Part shown: positions 35,240-48,810 of the stretch, one piece after another
Layout of the letters: the number at the start of each line of letters is the position of its first letter
Position numbering within the stretch: the stretch's first letter is position 1
Assembly (NCBI GenBank): GCA_964016885.1
Contig: OZ024743.1
Span: 222,146,001 to 222,210,000, forward strand
DNA: 64,000 bases
Reading direction: 5' to 3'
Source of the DNA: Eledone cirrhosa
Lineage: Eukaryota
Program-made: the position numbers and the translations under genes
Notes under the pieces: model-generated
Database searches by the model: none
Told to the model about the DNA's origin: nothing
What the model saw: the letters and a program-made list of their open reading frames with translations, nothing else

Positions 35240-36636
35240 CACGGCCTAGAATCAAAAGGCCTTAAAATTAACATGGCTAAGACTAAAGTTATAGTTTGTA
35301 GGAAAGAAAATAAGGCGCCGGTCCCTTCCGGGAAATGGCCATGCTCAGAGTGTAGGAAAGGCGTAGGTAGAAACTCCATTTTATGTCCCAAATGCAAAGT
35401 ATGGGTGCATAAAAGATGTAGTGGGATCACAGGTAAGCTAACTAAGAACACAGATTTTACATGTGGCCGGTGCTCTGGTGCAATAAGTAGCAGCAAGTGC
35501 CCACAGAATACTAGCTCTTTCAACTGCGCAGAGGGTTCTATAGAAATAGTGGACAGCTTCCGTTACCTGGGTGACAAAATCAGCAGTGGGGGAGGGTGCT
35601 CCGAAAGTACAGTAGCTAGAGTCAGAACTGGATGGAAAAAGTTCAGAGAGCTTATACCACTATTAGCCGCTAAAGGGTTCTCCCTAAAAATGAAAGGCAG
35701 GTTGTATGATGCCTGCATACGAACGGCAATGTTGCATGGCAGTGAGACCTGGGCATTGTGTGCAGAGGATATACGCAGACTAGAGAGGAATGAAGCTTGC
35801 ATGCTCCGCTGGGTGTGTAATAGTAATATACGCGAACGGCAAAGCATAAACGAACTAAGGAAAAAATTAGAAATAAGAGGGATCAGATGTTGTTTACTCG
35901 AGAGAAGGCTACGTTGGTATGGACACGTGATGCGCATGAAAGACGACAGCTGTATAACAAAGTGCAGGGCAATAAAGATAGATGGTAGCCACGGAGTAGG
36001 CAGACCCAGAAAAACCTGGGACGAGCTGATAAATTCCGACCTCACACACTTACACCTCTCCAAGACAATGTCACTGGACCGAGACCTTTGGCGGTACTCA
36101 GTAACAGAGAAGACCCGCGTTACCTAAATACAAAGTAAAACCTACTACAGTCAGTAGGCATCTCTAACAAAATACACCCCCGTCCCACCACCCCCACCCC
36201 ATCCACACTGCCCCTTTCAATGTAAAGTTATGTTGGTACCACAAAATCCAGGCCGAAACAAATGAGATCGTGTAGGTGTCACGAACAAAATACACACAGT
36301 CCACGCTGTAATGTGACCGTGTAGGCAACACGGTAAAAACCTCCCAGTCCCACACTGTAAATGTGGTTGGTGTTAGGAAGGGCATCCAGCTGTAGAAAAC
36401 CTGCCAGACAGTCCACGCTGTAATGTGGCCGTGTAGGCAACACGGTAAAAACCTCCCAGCCCCACACTGTAAATGTGGTTGGTGTTAGGAAGGGCATCCA
36501 ACTGTAGAAAACCCGCCAGACAGTCCTATGCGAGCAAGACAACCACTCTTGCCTCAAGTTGGAAAACTCCCGTCCAAACCCATGCAAGCATGGAACACGG
36601 ACGTTAAACGATGATGATGATGATGATGATGATGAT
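35240..36636 (+). mobile_element. 5'-truncated RTE LINE with an intact C-terminal ORF segment
   Basis: [13 protein letters not shown]-like C-x2-C...WVHKRC...[31 protein letters not shown]. The 3' UTR has an internal duplication and a (GAT)n tail. Confidence 0.95.
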
Positions 36637-36659
36637 GTAGATCATATATATATATATAT

Positions 36660-36779
36660 AATAATAATAATGAAATTATTGTGTACAGTGCTCAGGTGCA
36701 CTACAACTCATCAAAGGTGCATGTATAGTACATAGAATAATGTACAAATGTCAGGAAAATGAACAGTGTATGAGTCATG

Positions 36780-36824
<45 letters not shown>

Positions 36825-39800
36825 AATATTGTGTACAGTGCCCAGGTGCACCACAACTCATCAAAAAAGTGCATGTACAGTACATAGGGCAATGCACAAA
36901 CATCAGTAAAATGAACAGTGCACGAGTCATGATACACACATGTGTGCATGTGTATGGAAGGGGTACATCAGGTGTAGTTTTGGTGTATTTCGGGAAGCAT
37001 GAGTGTCTTAAAGGATGCAGTGTCTCGGCAGCTAACAACTGATGCAGGCAGTTTGTTCCATGCTTCAGCAACTCTGAGCGTAAAAAAATGTCTACGAAAG
37101 TCATGGGAGCTGTGCTGTTTTCTGATTTTGTAGGCATGTCCACATGTGTTAGACACATGGAGATCAAAAGGGGCGCTCAGGGTTGCAATTGGCGAGATGG
37201 TTAATAACTTTGTGGGTATTCACCAAGTCCATTGCCAGACGTCGGAGCTTCAATGAATCCATGCCCAGGGAAGCAAGGCGTTCAGAGTATGGTAGGTGTC
37301 TGATGGAGGGTATGCGCTTGGTTGCACGTCTCTGAACAGTTTCCAGGAGGTCAATGTTCTGAGCAAGATAGGGGTTCCAGACTGATGATGCGAATTCTAA
37401 GTGTGGTCGTACCATAGCTGTATACAGTTTTAAATAGATGGCTGGAGAGCGGCTAACAAAGGTCTTGCTGAGTGATGCCAAGACACCCTCGGCCTTCTTG
37501 ACAATCTTAGAGACATGCTTTGTCCAACGCAAATCGCTGCTGACAGTAATGCCCAGGTCATGTTCACAAGAGGACTTCTTGATATCAGTGTTGTGGAGGG
37601 AGTATGTGGACGGTGGATTTTTCCTTCCAAAATGCATGGTAGTACACTTGTCCACAGCCAGCTTCAGTTGCCAGTCTGTGATCCATTGCTGCATTGTGTC
37701 CAGGTCCGATTGTAGGAAAGAGTTGTAAATTTCAGGATCAGTCCTTTTGATTTCAAGGTACAGCTTGATGTCATCTGCATATTTCAGTACCGTGGCATTC
37801 TGTAAATTGGCATCTATGTCATTAATATATGCCACAGACAAAAGGGGACCAAGAACAGATCCCTGTGGTACACTAGATGACATCTCATATGGTGAAGAAT
37901 GCTGTCCTAGAACCGTGACTACTTCTTTTCGGCTGAGAAAGAAGGATTTCAACCAGTCGAAAAGATCATCCCTCACACCCATTGCAGAGAGTTTTGCCAT
38001 AAGTCTTTTGTGTGGCACAGAATTAAAAGCCTTAGCAAAGTCAAGGTAAACAACATCCACCCATGAGCCGCTGTCAGTGATCCGGGTGATGTCTTCAAGG
38101 AACTCGATAAGCTGATCACAGCAGCTGGAGTTAGGGATAAATCCAAACTGTGAGGGCCGGATGAGGATGTGAGAGCTCCAGAAGTTCCAAAGTGTTTCTC
38201 TGACACAGGATTCCATCAGTTTGGCCATACAGCTAGTAAGACTGACTGGACGTAGTTGACAGGTGACATGCGGTTGCCCTTTTTGAACAGGGGAATGACA
38301 CTGGCAGTTTTCCACTGCTCCGGAGTAGCAGCATTGTTGAGACAGTATTGAAAGAAGAAATAAAGCTGGCGCAAAAGGAAATACCCGCCACGTTTGAGAA
38401 GCAGGTATGTAACACCATCAAGACCAGGGGAGGCATAGTTGCGCTTACTCTTAAGGTGACGTCGCAACATTGCAGGTGTAAATTCCATAGTTGTTATGGA
38501 ATTTGATGTTAGAGATGGTGGAGATGGTACATTCTGGTTTTCAACAGTAAAAATACTTGCATAGCACTCAGCAATGAGTTCTGCACATTCTTTGGGATCG
38601 TCAGTGATCTTGTGTGGGGATTGCGAAGAGGACCAACTGGAGAGTGAGGTCTCTGCTTTGAATGAATATATTTCCAGAACACCTTACTGTCAGGATTGGT
38701 TGCGATGCACTGTTCAAATTCAAGTACTACCTTCTTTGTCACTTGCTTGAGATGGTGAGAAGATTTATTCCGCTTTTTTTCTGTTGGCATCTGATTTATG
38801 CAGTTTATATTCCCGTTCAGCTTTCCGACGTTCTTTCCTGGCAAGTCGGACCGCTGAAGTTTCCCAAATTGCACTTTTGGGGTGGTTATTTTTCCGCTTA
38901 CGTGGCACCGATGCTGCACACGCTATCCATATTGAGTCCAGGATGCTCTGGAGTATAGTGTTCACATCTCCAGAGTTATACATCTCATGCCAGTTTGGGC
39001 GCTGTAGCTCAGTGCAGTACAAGTTCCAATCCGGCCTCTTCCAATCAAAGCAAGCAGATTGGAGATGGCTCTGGTTATTGTTGCTGCCCGCAAGAGCCAG
39101 ATTGGCAATGATCATAGCATGATCAGAGTCGCCTATAGGTTCCTCAGTAGTACAACTGATAACCACTTCAGGAGTAGTGGTGAAGATCAGGTCCAAAGTG
39201 TTGTCACCTTTTGTTGGAGAGGTGACTACTTGTGACCAGTTTGAGTCCAGCACTAGTTCAAGGAAATCGTTTGCACCTTGTGGCCAACGAAAGGTTTCCC
39301 AATCGATCTCAGGATGATTGAAGTCACCTGCAATAAACACATAAGTGGCTGTTTTCTTGGCAGCAACTCTGAGGATATCGCAAAGCTGTGTGTCCTGGTG
39401 GTAGTTTGGGGGGGGGGGGATAAACAACACCAAGCAGAAGTGTTGACATGGTCATATGTATGTCACAGAAAAAAACTTCTTCCTGTGATTCGTTCAAATC
39501 AAGGCAAGGAATTACCGAAAAGTTTGAACGAACGTAGACCATCACACCACCACCACGGCGATTAATGCGGTCCTTGCGGAAAAGGTTGTACCCAGTAATG
39601 CTGAAAACCCCATCACAGAGTAAGGAATGTGCCCATGTTTCTGTGACTGTGATGAAGTCAGGGTCGATGCTTCTGACGTAGGATTCGAACAGATGTATCT
39701 TGTTGCATAAACTGCGAGCATTTAAGGACAGCAATTTGTACCCTGCTCGCAGTTTATGATAGTGTGTAGAGGGTGGCAGGTTGTTCTGGTTTAGTTTCCC

Positions 39801-40160
39801 AGAGTTGTAGCAGTTTTTACATTGCCAGTTATTGTGGGTAGATCACACTCAGACCAGCTGGTATCTCTCTTCCACGTTTCACCAGCCTTGACAAACCTCC
39901 AGATCTGCCCATCATCACGCAGACTAAAACTTTCATCTTGTGCTGAGTTCCGATTCAAGGAAGCTGCAGCACGTAGCTTTGGACGTACATGGGATGGTAG
40001 GCCTGGGCGTGTTCGGAAGGTAATCCGATTTTCACGCCCAGCTTTAGCAGAGGCCAGATGGTATGAGGTTGCCTCAGCGGGGTCCGAAAAAGACAGCCTG
40101 ATGAGTCTGGGTTTTGGACCAGGTTGACCAAGGCGGAGAGCACCCTTTGGGGGAACACAG
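36660..40160 (-). mobile_element. CR1/L2-group LINE: end of ORF1 plus frameshifted ORF2 (APE endonuclease and RT)
   Basis: LNARSL, VTETW, RRGGGV, AGDFN, LDLIF, SDH (EN); PGLDG, RPVSLTS, YLDFAKAF, VPQGSVLGP, YADD (RT). (TAT)n tail with a duplicated 3' end. Short 3' copies at ~30975-31045 (+) and ~48955-49280 (-). Confidence 0.95.
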
Positions 40161-40482
40161 CCATGGGTACAAGCTGAAGCATATAGACAATATGCCCCCA
40201 CACCGCCCACCGCAAGGTGGTCGTGGAGGTGCCACAGCAAAAAAGCACCCAGCCCACACTGTAAAGTGGACGTGTAGGCACCACGAAAAAGCACCCAGCA
40301 CTCACTGTAAATGAGGTTGGTGTTAGGAAGGGCATCCAGCTGTAGAAATCAAGCCAAATCAGTTCCTGTATGAGCAAGGCATGGTCAGCCGACCAGACAC
40401 TGCCCACAACAGGACAACCCGTCTAACTCATGCTGGCGTGGAAGAACGGGCGTAAAACGGTGATGATGATGATGATGATGAT
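40160..40482 (+). mobile_element. RTE-type 3' UTR or SINE copy
   Basis: catgggtacaagctgaagcatatagacaatatg...aagcacccagcccacactgtaaag...ggaagggcatccagc...(GAT)n; matches 8518-8695 and 50640-50938 (-). Confidence 0.85.
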
Positions 40483-40492
40483 ATACATGTAG

Positions 40493-40528
<36 letters not shown>

Positions 40529-40617
40529 TATATTGAAATAAATATGGTTTTAGAAATATAGTTTCCATTTGTTAATATCGTATATATATATATACATATA
40601 TATAGATAGATAGATAG

Positions 40618-43600
40618 ATTTCTTTATTAGCCACAAGGGCGCAACAAGAAAGGGGACAATACAAAGACATGCCGGGGATTTTACATACAGTCGTGTAAAA
40701 AATATAAAAACAAACAATTTCAACAATCGAAATCCCCAATAGGGGGGAGGCGCCACAAATGGGTTGTTTAATATCCCGTCGATAGAACAACCCTCAACTC
40801 AAGGAGCGTGTTGTGCAAGTGCTCCTTTCTTCCTTTTGCTCTCTTCCTCAACCTACAGGCTTATAAACAGAGAAGGCCCAATCACTCGGGCCATTTTCGC
40901 TTCATTCACCCACCTTTCAGTAAATTTACTGGGGTGCAGTGCCTCTCTCTCCACCCTGATTCTCCTTCTAAAGTGATACTTAAAGAATGGAATCAATTGT
41001 TGTCCGGAGAGAAAGGCATCTATCCTCAGTCCTCTCAACCTCGTCCACCATATAACTTCTTTCACCATAGCCACCGTACAGAGGAAAACCGCCTCTCTTT
41101 CGTTTTTGAAAGAGTCTGGCGGTTTGATCCTTACTATGGACTCGGCAGTCAACTGTATTTGTCCCATACGCGACAGCAGTTGTTCTGCATAGTTCCACAG
41201 GTCGCTTACGCCCGGTACGCAGTGTACAATTGCGTGCAGAACTGTTTCAATGTCCTGCGCACATCTTGGACACGTCCTCTTGGAAGGATCCCTGCCAGGG
41301 CGTCCGTGCCTGTAGATCTTGTCACGAACCGGTAGAGCTCCTCGGTAGCACTGCCAGGCCAGGGACCTCTGGAAGTTGTCCATAGGTCCCGGGCGGAAAG
41401 TCCTACCAAACATACTGGTGAGCTCATCGTCTTCGACGCCCAGAGTCTCTCCGAGCACGTCGTCGCCCTTGTAACGTACAATCCCTCTATAGAATGTCGA
41501 AGTGGAGTCTCCACTGATTGCTGCGCCCGCTTGCCAGAGGACTGTGAGCGCCTGAGCGCATTCAATGTGCCAGGCGCCCATCGTTTTCGGTCTTTTCTTC
41601 ACCCAGGACTGCAGCTCCGTTAGCGAGACGAGCTGTGGGAAAGCCTGTCTCACAAACGGTGCCCACACCGGTTGGGGGTCGGTGAGGAATACCTGGAGAT
41701 GCCGCAGCCTCAGCGCATGTTTGCGCATCATCAGCCACGGCATTCCCAGCCCTCCGTTGGAAGGGTGCTGACAGCAGACGGATCTCCTCACCAGCGGGGC
41801 CTGCTTCTTCCACAGAAACTGGAAGAGCATGCGTTCCATCTTGGCGAGGTGTTCACGGGGACAAGGCACGACAGTCAAGCGGTAGTAGATGACGGACGCT
41901 ATGAAAGTGTTCGCCACCTCCGCTCGACCTTTCAAGGACAGTTTGCACTCTGCCCACTTCTGAGTGAGTGCAAACACCTTGGCCGTGACCTCGTTCCAGT
42001 TTTTCTCCACCTGGAGGTCTGGACCGAACCAGACCCCGAGCAATTTCACCGGTCCGTCCGTCCAGCGTCCAACGACGCTGTCGGATGTCATCGGTTTGCC
42101 TCTCCACGTACCGAGTTGCAAACCGACAGACTTGTCTGGGTTTAGTTTTGCTCCCGTCAGCGTTTCGTATTCTTTCAGTATGTTGCCGATCACCCCGATT
42201 TCCGAGGTGCTCGACACCATTACTGTCACGTCGTCGGCATAAGCCGACGCCGCTTTGTGCGGTCCCGGTTCTAGGGGGATGCCCTGCAACAGCTCCAATT
42301 TCCGCAGTAGTGGCTCTAGAGTCAATACATACAGAATGGAGGAGAGAGGGCATCCCTGTCGAATGGAACGCGTGATTGCGAACGGCTCCGATAGGTAGCC
42401 GTTCACCTTGACCCTCGAGCAGATGCTGGTGTGCATCGCCTCGATCCATCCTCTGAACACGGGACCGAAACCGGCCGCCTTGAGAACCGCTTCCAAGTAT
42501 CGATGGTCGACCCTATCGAATGCCTTAGACTGATCCAAGTTGATCGGAGCCCCACCGAAGCCGGGTTTACTACCCACCCTCTCTATGATGTATCGCATGA
42601 GGTGGAGGTTGTCGTGTATGGACCTGGTCGGGATTGCACACGTTTGCGCTTTCCCTACCAGGTTCTCGACGACAAGCGCCAACCTCGTCGCTAGCACCTT
42701 GGCCAAAATCTTTAACTCTGTGTTGAGCAGAGTTATGGGCCTGAAGTTGTTAATTTCGTCCCCCTTGTTCTCGTCTTTCCTGATCAGCGTTACTACGCCC
42801 TTGCCTGCAGAACTGGGAATTCTCCCGTTCTGCTGCCAATTGCAGTAGATGGCTTCGAGGACGCCAGAGAACAAGTCCGGCATGCCTATGTAAAATTCGT
42901 AGGGTAGACCATCTAGACCGGGTGACTTGCGTTTCCCGCAGCGGCCCAGAGCGTCCCGTATCTCAGTGTCCGTGATCGGTCTTTCGCAGAACTCGGCGTC
43001 CGTGTTCGAGAGACGCGGCAGGCCGTCGAGGTTTGAACTAAAGTCCATTGCCCCGTTCGGCTCACCGTTGTTCTGCTCAAACAGTCGCGCAAAGTGCCGC
43101 TGAAAGGCCGCGCACATTTGCTTGGGGTCAAGTAGCACGCGTCCGTTTTGGTCTTTCAAAGACCGAATCGTGGACTTGTTGCCACTTTTTGCCTCCGCCA
43201 CTCGGGCCCAGCTGACAGCTTTCGCTCCTTCGTTTCCTAGAGCACGTGTTTTGCTTCTGACCACGCAGCCTTCGTGTTTCGCATCGAAGAACTGGTCCAG
43301 TGCCGTTCTCGACGCTAACACTCTAGCCGCGTTGCCACTTCTAAGTGCCTCCTCTACCTTGGCTACTAGTTCTCTTTCTATTCTGTTTTTCTCTAAGGCT
43401 AACTCTCTGCTATACCCTATCGATTCTATTCTAATTGCTTTCTTGAGAGAGTACCACCATCTATTGTTGACGATGGCTCCCGTTAACTGTTGCTTGACTA
43501 GTTTACTTATCCGTTCACTGTAAGCTTTACGTGCCGGCAACGACACGTTCAGCTTCCAGTATCCGGGACCCTGTCTATGTATTCTATCACGGTTGACTAA

Positions 43601-44675
43601 GCAGACGACTAACTTGTGATCTGAATAGGCAACCATGTGCATTCGTGGACAGCTTAACATATCCTTGTCCCTTTCTCTAATGAAGAACCTATCTAAATAC
43701 GATCTAGATGTCCCACTGCGGTTTACCCACGTCCACTGTGGTGCAGTCGGGAAATCCAGTCGATACCTATCGGCCAGTTGGAATTGGCCGATTAAAGTTT
43801 TGAGGCTGTTGCACCCCGCTCTACTGGGACATGCTCCCACATAGTCCCATCGTACATCTAGGATACCATTCCAGTCCCCCACTAAAAGTAAGGAGCGAGA
43901 CGTTCCCAGAAAAGACTCTAGACGCTTAAAGAAGTCTGGCCGTGATTGCGATTGCCCGGTCGGGGCATAAACGGCCACCAGTCTGAAGGCTCCACCTCCG
44001 ATACTGTTCACGTCTAGGACTACCAGTCTACCCTCCGGGTCCAAGTGTACTTGCTATACTCCGACGTCCAGGTTCTTCCGAAACATAACAGCCACTCCAC
44101 CTCCACCTCCTGGCTGACAGAGAGATGCGTAGATCTCAAAGTCGTCGAAGATGGGGGTTAGTTGCTGCCTGTTGTGGATTCTGGACTCGGTGATGGCTAT
44201 CACATCCATACTGTGTGACCTAAGGTCGTTTAAAAGTTGGCCCTGTTTCCAGGGCATCCCTAGGCCACGCACATTCACGGTTCCAACTCGTAAACCAGCC
44301 ATGTTGGTGAAGAAAAGTTGGAGAAAAAGGACGAAAGGTGCACTTACCTTTTCATTTCCTGGAGATCGGGTTGCTCAATCTCCATTTGGGTGCTGGATGG
44401 GGTGTTGGGTGGGGTGGGGAAACCTTTCAACAGGACGCGGTTGATGGGTTTGTGGCAGGGGTTGCCCACGTCCTGTGAAAATTTAATTTTCAGGTCTTTA
44501 TAGGTTTCCATAGAAACCCTTATAAGTTTAAGGTGTGGAGACGATTCTGCCTTGACGAAAGTTTTGCCCTCCGTCTCCACCTTGGGGTTTTGGGAGATGA
44601 CCTCCATCAAACTCTTGTTGTTTGTGTTGATGTATGCGTATTGTTGTTTGTGTTTTTGTTGTATTGTTTTAGTTT
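40618..44675 (-). mobile_element. Tx1/L1-clade LINE with near-intact ORF2 (44302-40853, one frameshift near 44050)
   Basis: TVNVRGL, ITESR, VYAP, VGDWN, YLDRFF, SDH, GPGYWKLN, KSPGLDG, RPITLLN, LDQSKAFDRVDH, RQGCPLS, AYADD, C-x2-C...H...C knuckle; 3' aataaag; end of ORF1 at 44344-44610. Confidence 0.96.
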
Positions 44676-44846
44676 GTAGATAGATAGATAAATATACACA
44701 GGTGTGTATGATTGTGTATAGAAGATTATATTAATAAGAGGAATTCCAACTTTGTCTGATTTACTCGTTTTATTTACAATCCTTTAAAATTTATAATGGT
44801 ATTATAATGAAATAGTATGATAGAATATTAAATTCTAAGTGTTAAT

Positions 44847-44885
44847 TGAACAAGTACTTTCATGCTTTCGCAATCTTCAGGTTCA
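44847..44885 (-). ncRNA. Minimal type I hammerhead ribozyme, intact core
   Basis: rc: TGAAC-CTGAAGA-T TGC GAAA GCA T-GAAA-GTAC-TT-GTTCA; 5-bp stem I, GNRA-capped stem II, palindromic stem III (AGTACT). Confidence 0.8.
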
Positions 44886-44918
44886 TAATATGTGGTGACA
44901 GTCAAGTTTGCAATTTTC

Positions 44919-44955
<37 letters not shown>

Positions 44956-45294
44956 GATCATATATAGATATATAGATATAGATATATATATATATATATA
45001 TAAATTTATAACTCTATAAAGTTAACTGTCTCAAATACATAAACATCTCAATGAAAGGATGATATATTAATATATTATCTACTCAGAGAAGTATTAAAAT
45101 ATATTAAACTTAAGCCAAAATCTCATTTTGGGCTGGGTGGGTGGTGTATAAGTGAAATTGGTGAAAAGAAAGTCAGTCTTAACTTATATAATACCCTGAC
45201 CATGGTTTCTGGAACTCAAGATACAACATCAGGAATTCCAAGACATTGGAATAACCAATATTTTCGAAGAATTTAAGTTCCTTCATCAGGAGGT

Positions 45295-45500
45295 GGGTTA
45301 ATTCTTCTTAGGAATATGAGGACAAGTTGAAAATATATCATATATACCATGTCGTTGGTAGACTGCATGGTGAACAAGGTGTTGTATTATTGAATTATTT
45401 TCGAAGGAGATGAGTGAATTCTTCTTAGGAATATGAGGACAAGGTAAATATATATCATATATACCATGCCGTCAGGAGACTACATGGTAAAAAACGTGTT
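45295..45500. repeat. Tandem duplication, ~117-bp period
   Basis: aattcttcttaggaatatgaggacaag...tatatcatatataccatg occurs twice. Confidence 0.75.
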
Positions 45501-45714
45501 GCAACGCTAAATTACTATATCAGTATTTTCTACTTAATGTATTAAGACAATACAATGGGCTCATATTGACGCTGGAAATAGCAGCCAAAACCGTCTAAAT
45601 CAGCTCAACAATGATGGAACAGTCAGTATTAATGTATAACTTTATAAAGTTAACTGTCGCTAATATGTAAATATCTCAATGAAAAGAGATATATGTATGA
45701 TATATATATTCAAT

Positions 45715-45809
<95 letters not shown>

Positions 45810-46177
45810 TATGGGAGCTTGGACAGAATATGGGTGATAAGAGAAGAAGAGAGTGAGTGAGTCAGGGAGTCAGGAGTGCTTGAGTAAAGGTGACATGAGT
45901 TTAGAAAACTTCAAGGTGCCGAGACCATTGTAGTAATGGTAGAAGAGACAGAAGCGGGAGAGAGCGTATCTGTGGGCCAGAGGCTGGAAGGTGTCAGCAA
46001 GTTATCATAAACAAATTAGCCAAGTGGCTATTTTCTGGATGCAGTCTAGGATGCCAGTGTGTGCAACAGCAGCATAGCCAATTGTTCCAAATGATTATCT
46101 CCACTCACAATTTTATAAAAAACAATCTTTGAAAGCATCAAGGAAATTTTAGTGAAAAATAGATAAAGACCCTTTAA

Positions 46178-46398
46178 CCCTTTAGCATTTAACCCAGCCA
46201 TATCCAGCCAGAATTCTCTCACCTCTTTCTGTTCAAACTGGCTGTAACCGGCCCCTCATACTGATGTTAAGGTATTGTTCTCAAACTAAATAATATCAAA
46301 ATCTCATAGATTCGATATTATATGAGATAATGATGTGAGATAAAGGCTTTACTGTGAAAATATAATAGTAAATACAGAGTAATGTAAGTGCTAAATGG
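46178..46398. mobile_element. piggyBac-like MITE with TTAA on both sides
   Basis: ttaa|ccctttagcattta ... taagtgctaaatgg|ttaa. Confidence 0.75.
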
Positions 46399-47884
46399 TT
46401 AAATTTTATGACTTTTGCCCACAACTAGTTGTGACGACATATCTCCAGATCAGGTCTTAATGGGTTTTAATATGCAACAGTTTTTGTTTTCATAGCATTT
46501 ATCAATTCATTACTTTCTGAGTCTACTTTAGAGTGATGCTTATTTCTACCATGCACTCAAGGACACACTTGAAATTAATACTAGAAACTAATAAGATATT
46601 TGTCAATTTTACAGTATTTACAGCAACCAGCTACATGACTCTGGTACCTATTTAGTTTGACTGATTGTGCCATCCGTGAGGGAACCTTTTTCGTACCAAA
46701 CTGTGAGAAACCGCCTTTTATTCTAAACTGGTGAACCAGTGCCATCAATAATGACAGTTATAGCGTTGAACATATTTAATTTTTGGAGTCCAGGATTGCT
46801 ATGTCCCATGTAACAAGATTACTGGATATATGAACAATCACACAAACTGGGAAATTTGTATCTTATCAATGATTTGCAAAAGAGAAACCCTTTGGTTTAC
46901 ATTGATTACTGACATGTGGAAGTGATTAAAGATAAGAATGATATTTTAATATTTTATTTCTAGGAGATAATTACATAAATGATCAGCATATATATACAAA
47001 TAACATAGAGAATTAAATGTATGAGCAGCTTCAGAGAAATAACTATTTACAGAGACAAATGTAGAGTTAGAACCCAAGACCTTGTTATTGTAGAAAAATG
47101 TCTGCGATAGGAAATGTATTGTGTTCAAAGAGTTACAGACAGAGATATATACAAACACACATAGTATATTATTACATGAAAGAATCACTAGATAGATTTT
47201 ACTGGCAAAACCAGCCAGAAGAGACCCAAGGGTAGACACCAAGTAAGATGGTTCGATAACATCCATGAGCTTGGCTGGTCTCACTTGGGAATCTAGCCAT
47301 ATCAACTGGAGATGGTTGCTTCTAACAGGACCCATCAGTAGGAATACTTGAGGGCTTTGTCTCCACGGCCCTCCCAGGAATAATTGAGAGAAGAAGAAGA
47401 AGAAGAAGAAGAAGAAGAAGAAGAAGAAGAAGAAGAAGAAGAAGAAGAAGAAGAAGAAGAAGACAACTATAAGCTATGACAGCAGAATTAAAAGATTGAT
47501 GGTGGATTGTGATGATGATGATGATGATGAATTTTGTCCACTAAAAGGAAGAGAAGGAGAAGAAAAAGCAGTACTAGAAAGCAAGATGTGATTTTTTTTT
47601 TCTTTTTTGACATATTTATCATAAGAGAAAAAACAACATTATTTCCAAGCCAGGGTATTTAATATATTATTTATTTTAAATTATTGACTAAAGTCATGTT
47701 CTTGTCTATTAGTTCTGCAACTGCTATTCTGATCTTCAAATGTTCAGCCTATAAAAGACAGACAAAACAGTTTCATGGGGATCTCATGAGGTTTCTAGTG
47801 TAAGGAAGCAAGATATAACTGAGTAAGCAAATACCTTCGATACACATATCTTTTATATAGTTATTATACAATTAAAGGAGATAG

Positions 47885-48205
47885 TCATCATTTTGTCAGC
47901 TTTCCATGCTGATATGGGTTAGATGGATTGTCATGACAAGACACACATCTTGCTCATGCATTCTATATTTGGCATGGTTTATCTGGCTAAATGACCTTCC
48001 AAATGCCAACCACTTTACAGCATGTACTGGGTGCATTTTATCATGGCACCACCACTAACACTTTACATGGTGTAGTAGGTGTATTTTATCATGGCACCAG
48101 CACTACCACTTTACACAGTATACTGGGTGCATTTTTTATGAAACCAGCAGAATGTCTCAGGAGTGCATTGGGTGTGATTTATCATAGCACCAGCACTACA
48201 GTAGT
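47885..48205 (-). mobile_element. RTE-tail SINE with 3-4 diverged 48-bp units
   Basis: Reverse complement of the retroposon tail, followed by repeats of ctttacag..tactgggtgcattttatcatggcacc. Confidence 0.7.
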
Positions 48206-48810
48206 TGTCAACATGTATTATAAATAACTGAGTAGAATGGTAAAGTTTTGTATACCAGTGCCATAGGGTCTCCTTTAGAAAAGACATAACTCTCAATAGC
48301 CAAGTCTATGAAGCTAGGAAAGGAGGCACTATTCATAAGATATTGATTGACCAGACTCACAAAAGGTGTGGTTAACAATTTTTTTGAATAATCTGTCCAC
48401 TAGTAAAGAAAATACAAACATTTGAATTAATAAACCTGTTTTTAGATATTTTCTGCTAAATCAATACAGGATGTTTAAGAGTTAACAACCTCATATAAGC
48501 AGCATTTAGAAGATATGACAGCAGAACGTTAAAAATTAAAATCTTTAACTCTAATACTCAAAATGTTTGCAATGACCTGTCCACTAGTAAAGATAATATA
48601 CACATTTGAATTAACAAACCTGTTTTTAGAATTTTCTGCTAAATCATTAGAGGATGTTTAAAAGTTAAAATAAAATCTTCTATTATCGCAGTTTATCAAG
48701 GAATTAGGGAGTTTTATAATATCATATAGTTATTTCTAGAAGCTGAGCTATTGATAATAGTAATATGCATAAAAATAAAGATTTGCTGTACCTAATATCA
48801 TTAAACGTCA

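Noticed and set aside
41206-43844. Multiple overlapping ORFs antisense or out of frame to Tx1 ORF2
   Set aside because: Expected shadow ORFs of a GC-rich coding sequence; no recognisable motifs.
45255-45295. Hammerhead-like CTGATGA...GAAA on the minus strand (also ~7848, ~33105, ~58208)
   Set aside because: Core fragments are present, but stem I or the NUH triplet cannot be formed convincingly; at most decayed copies.
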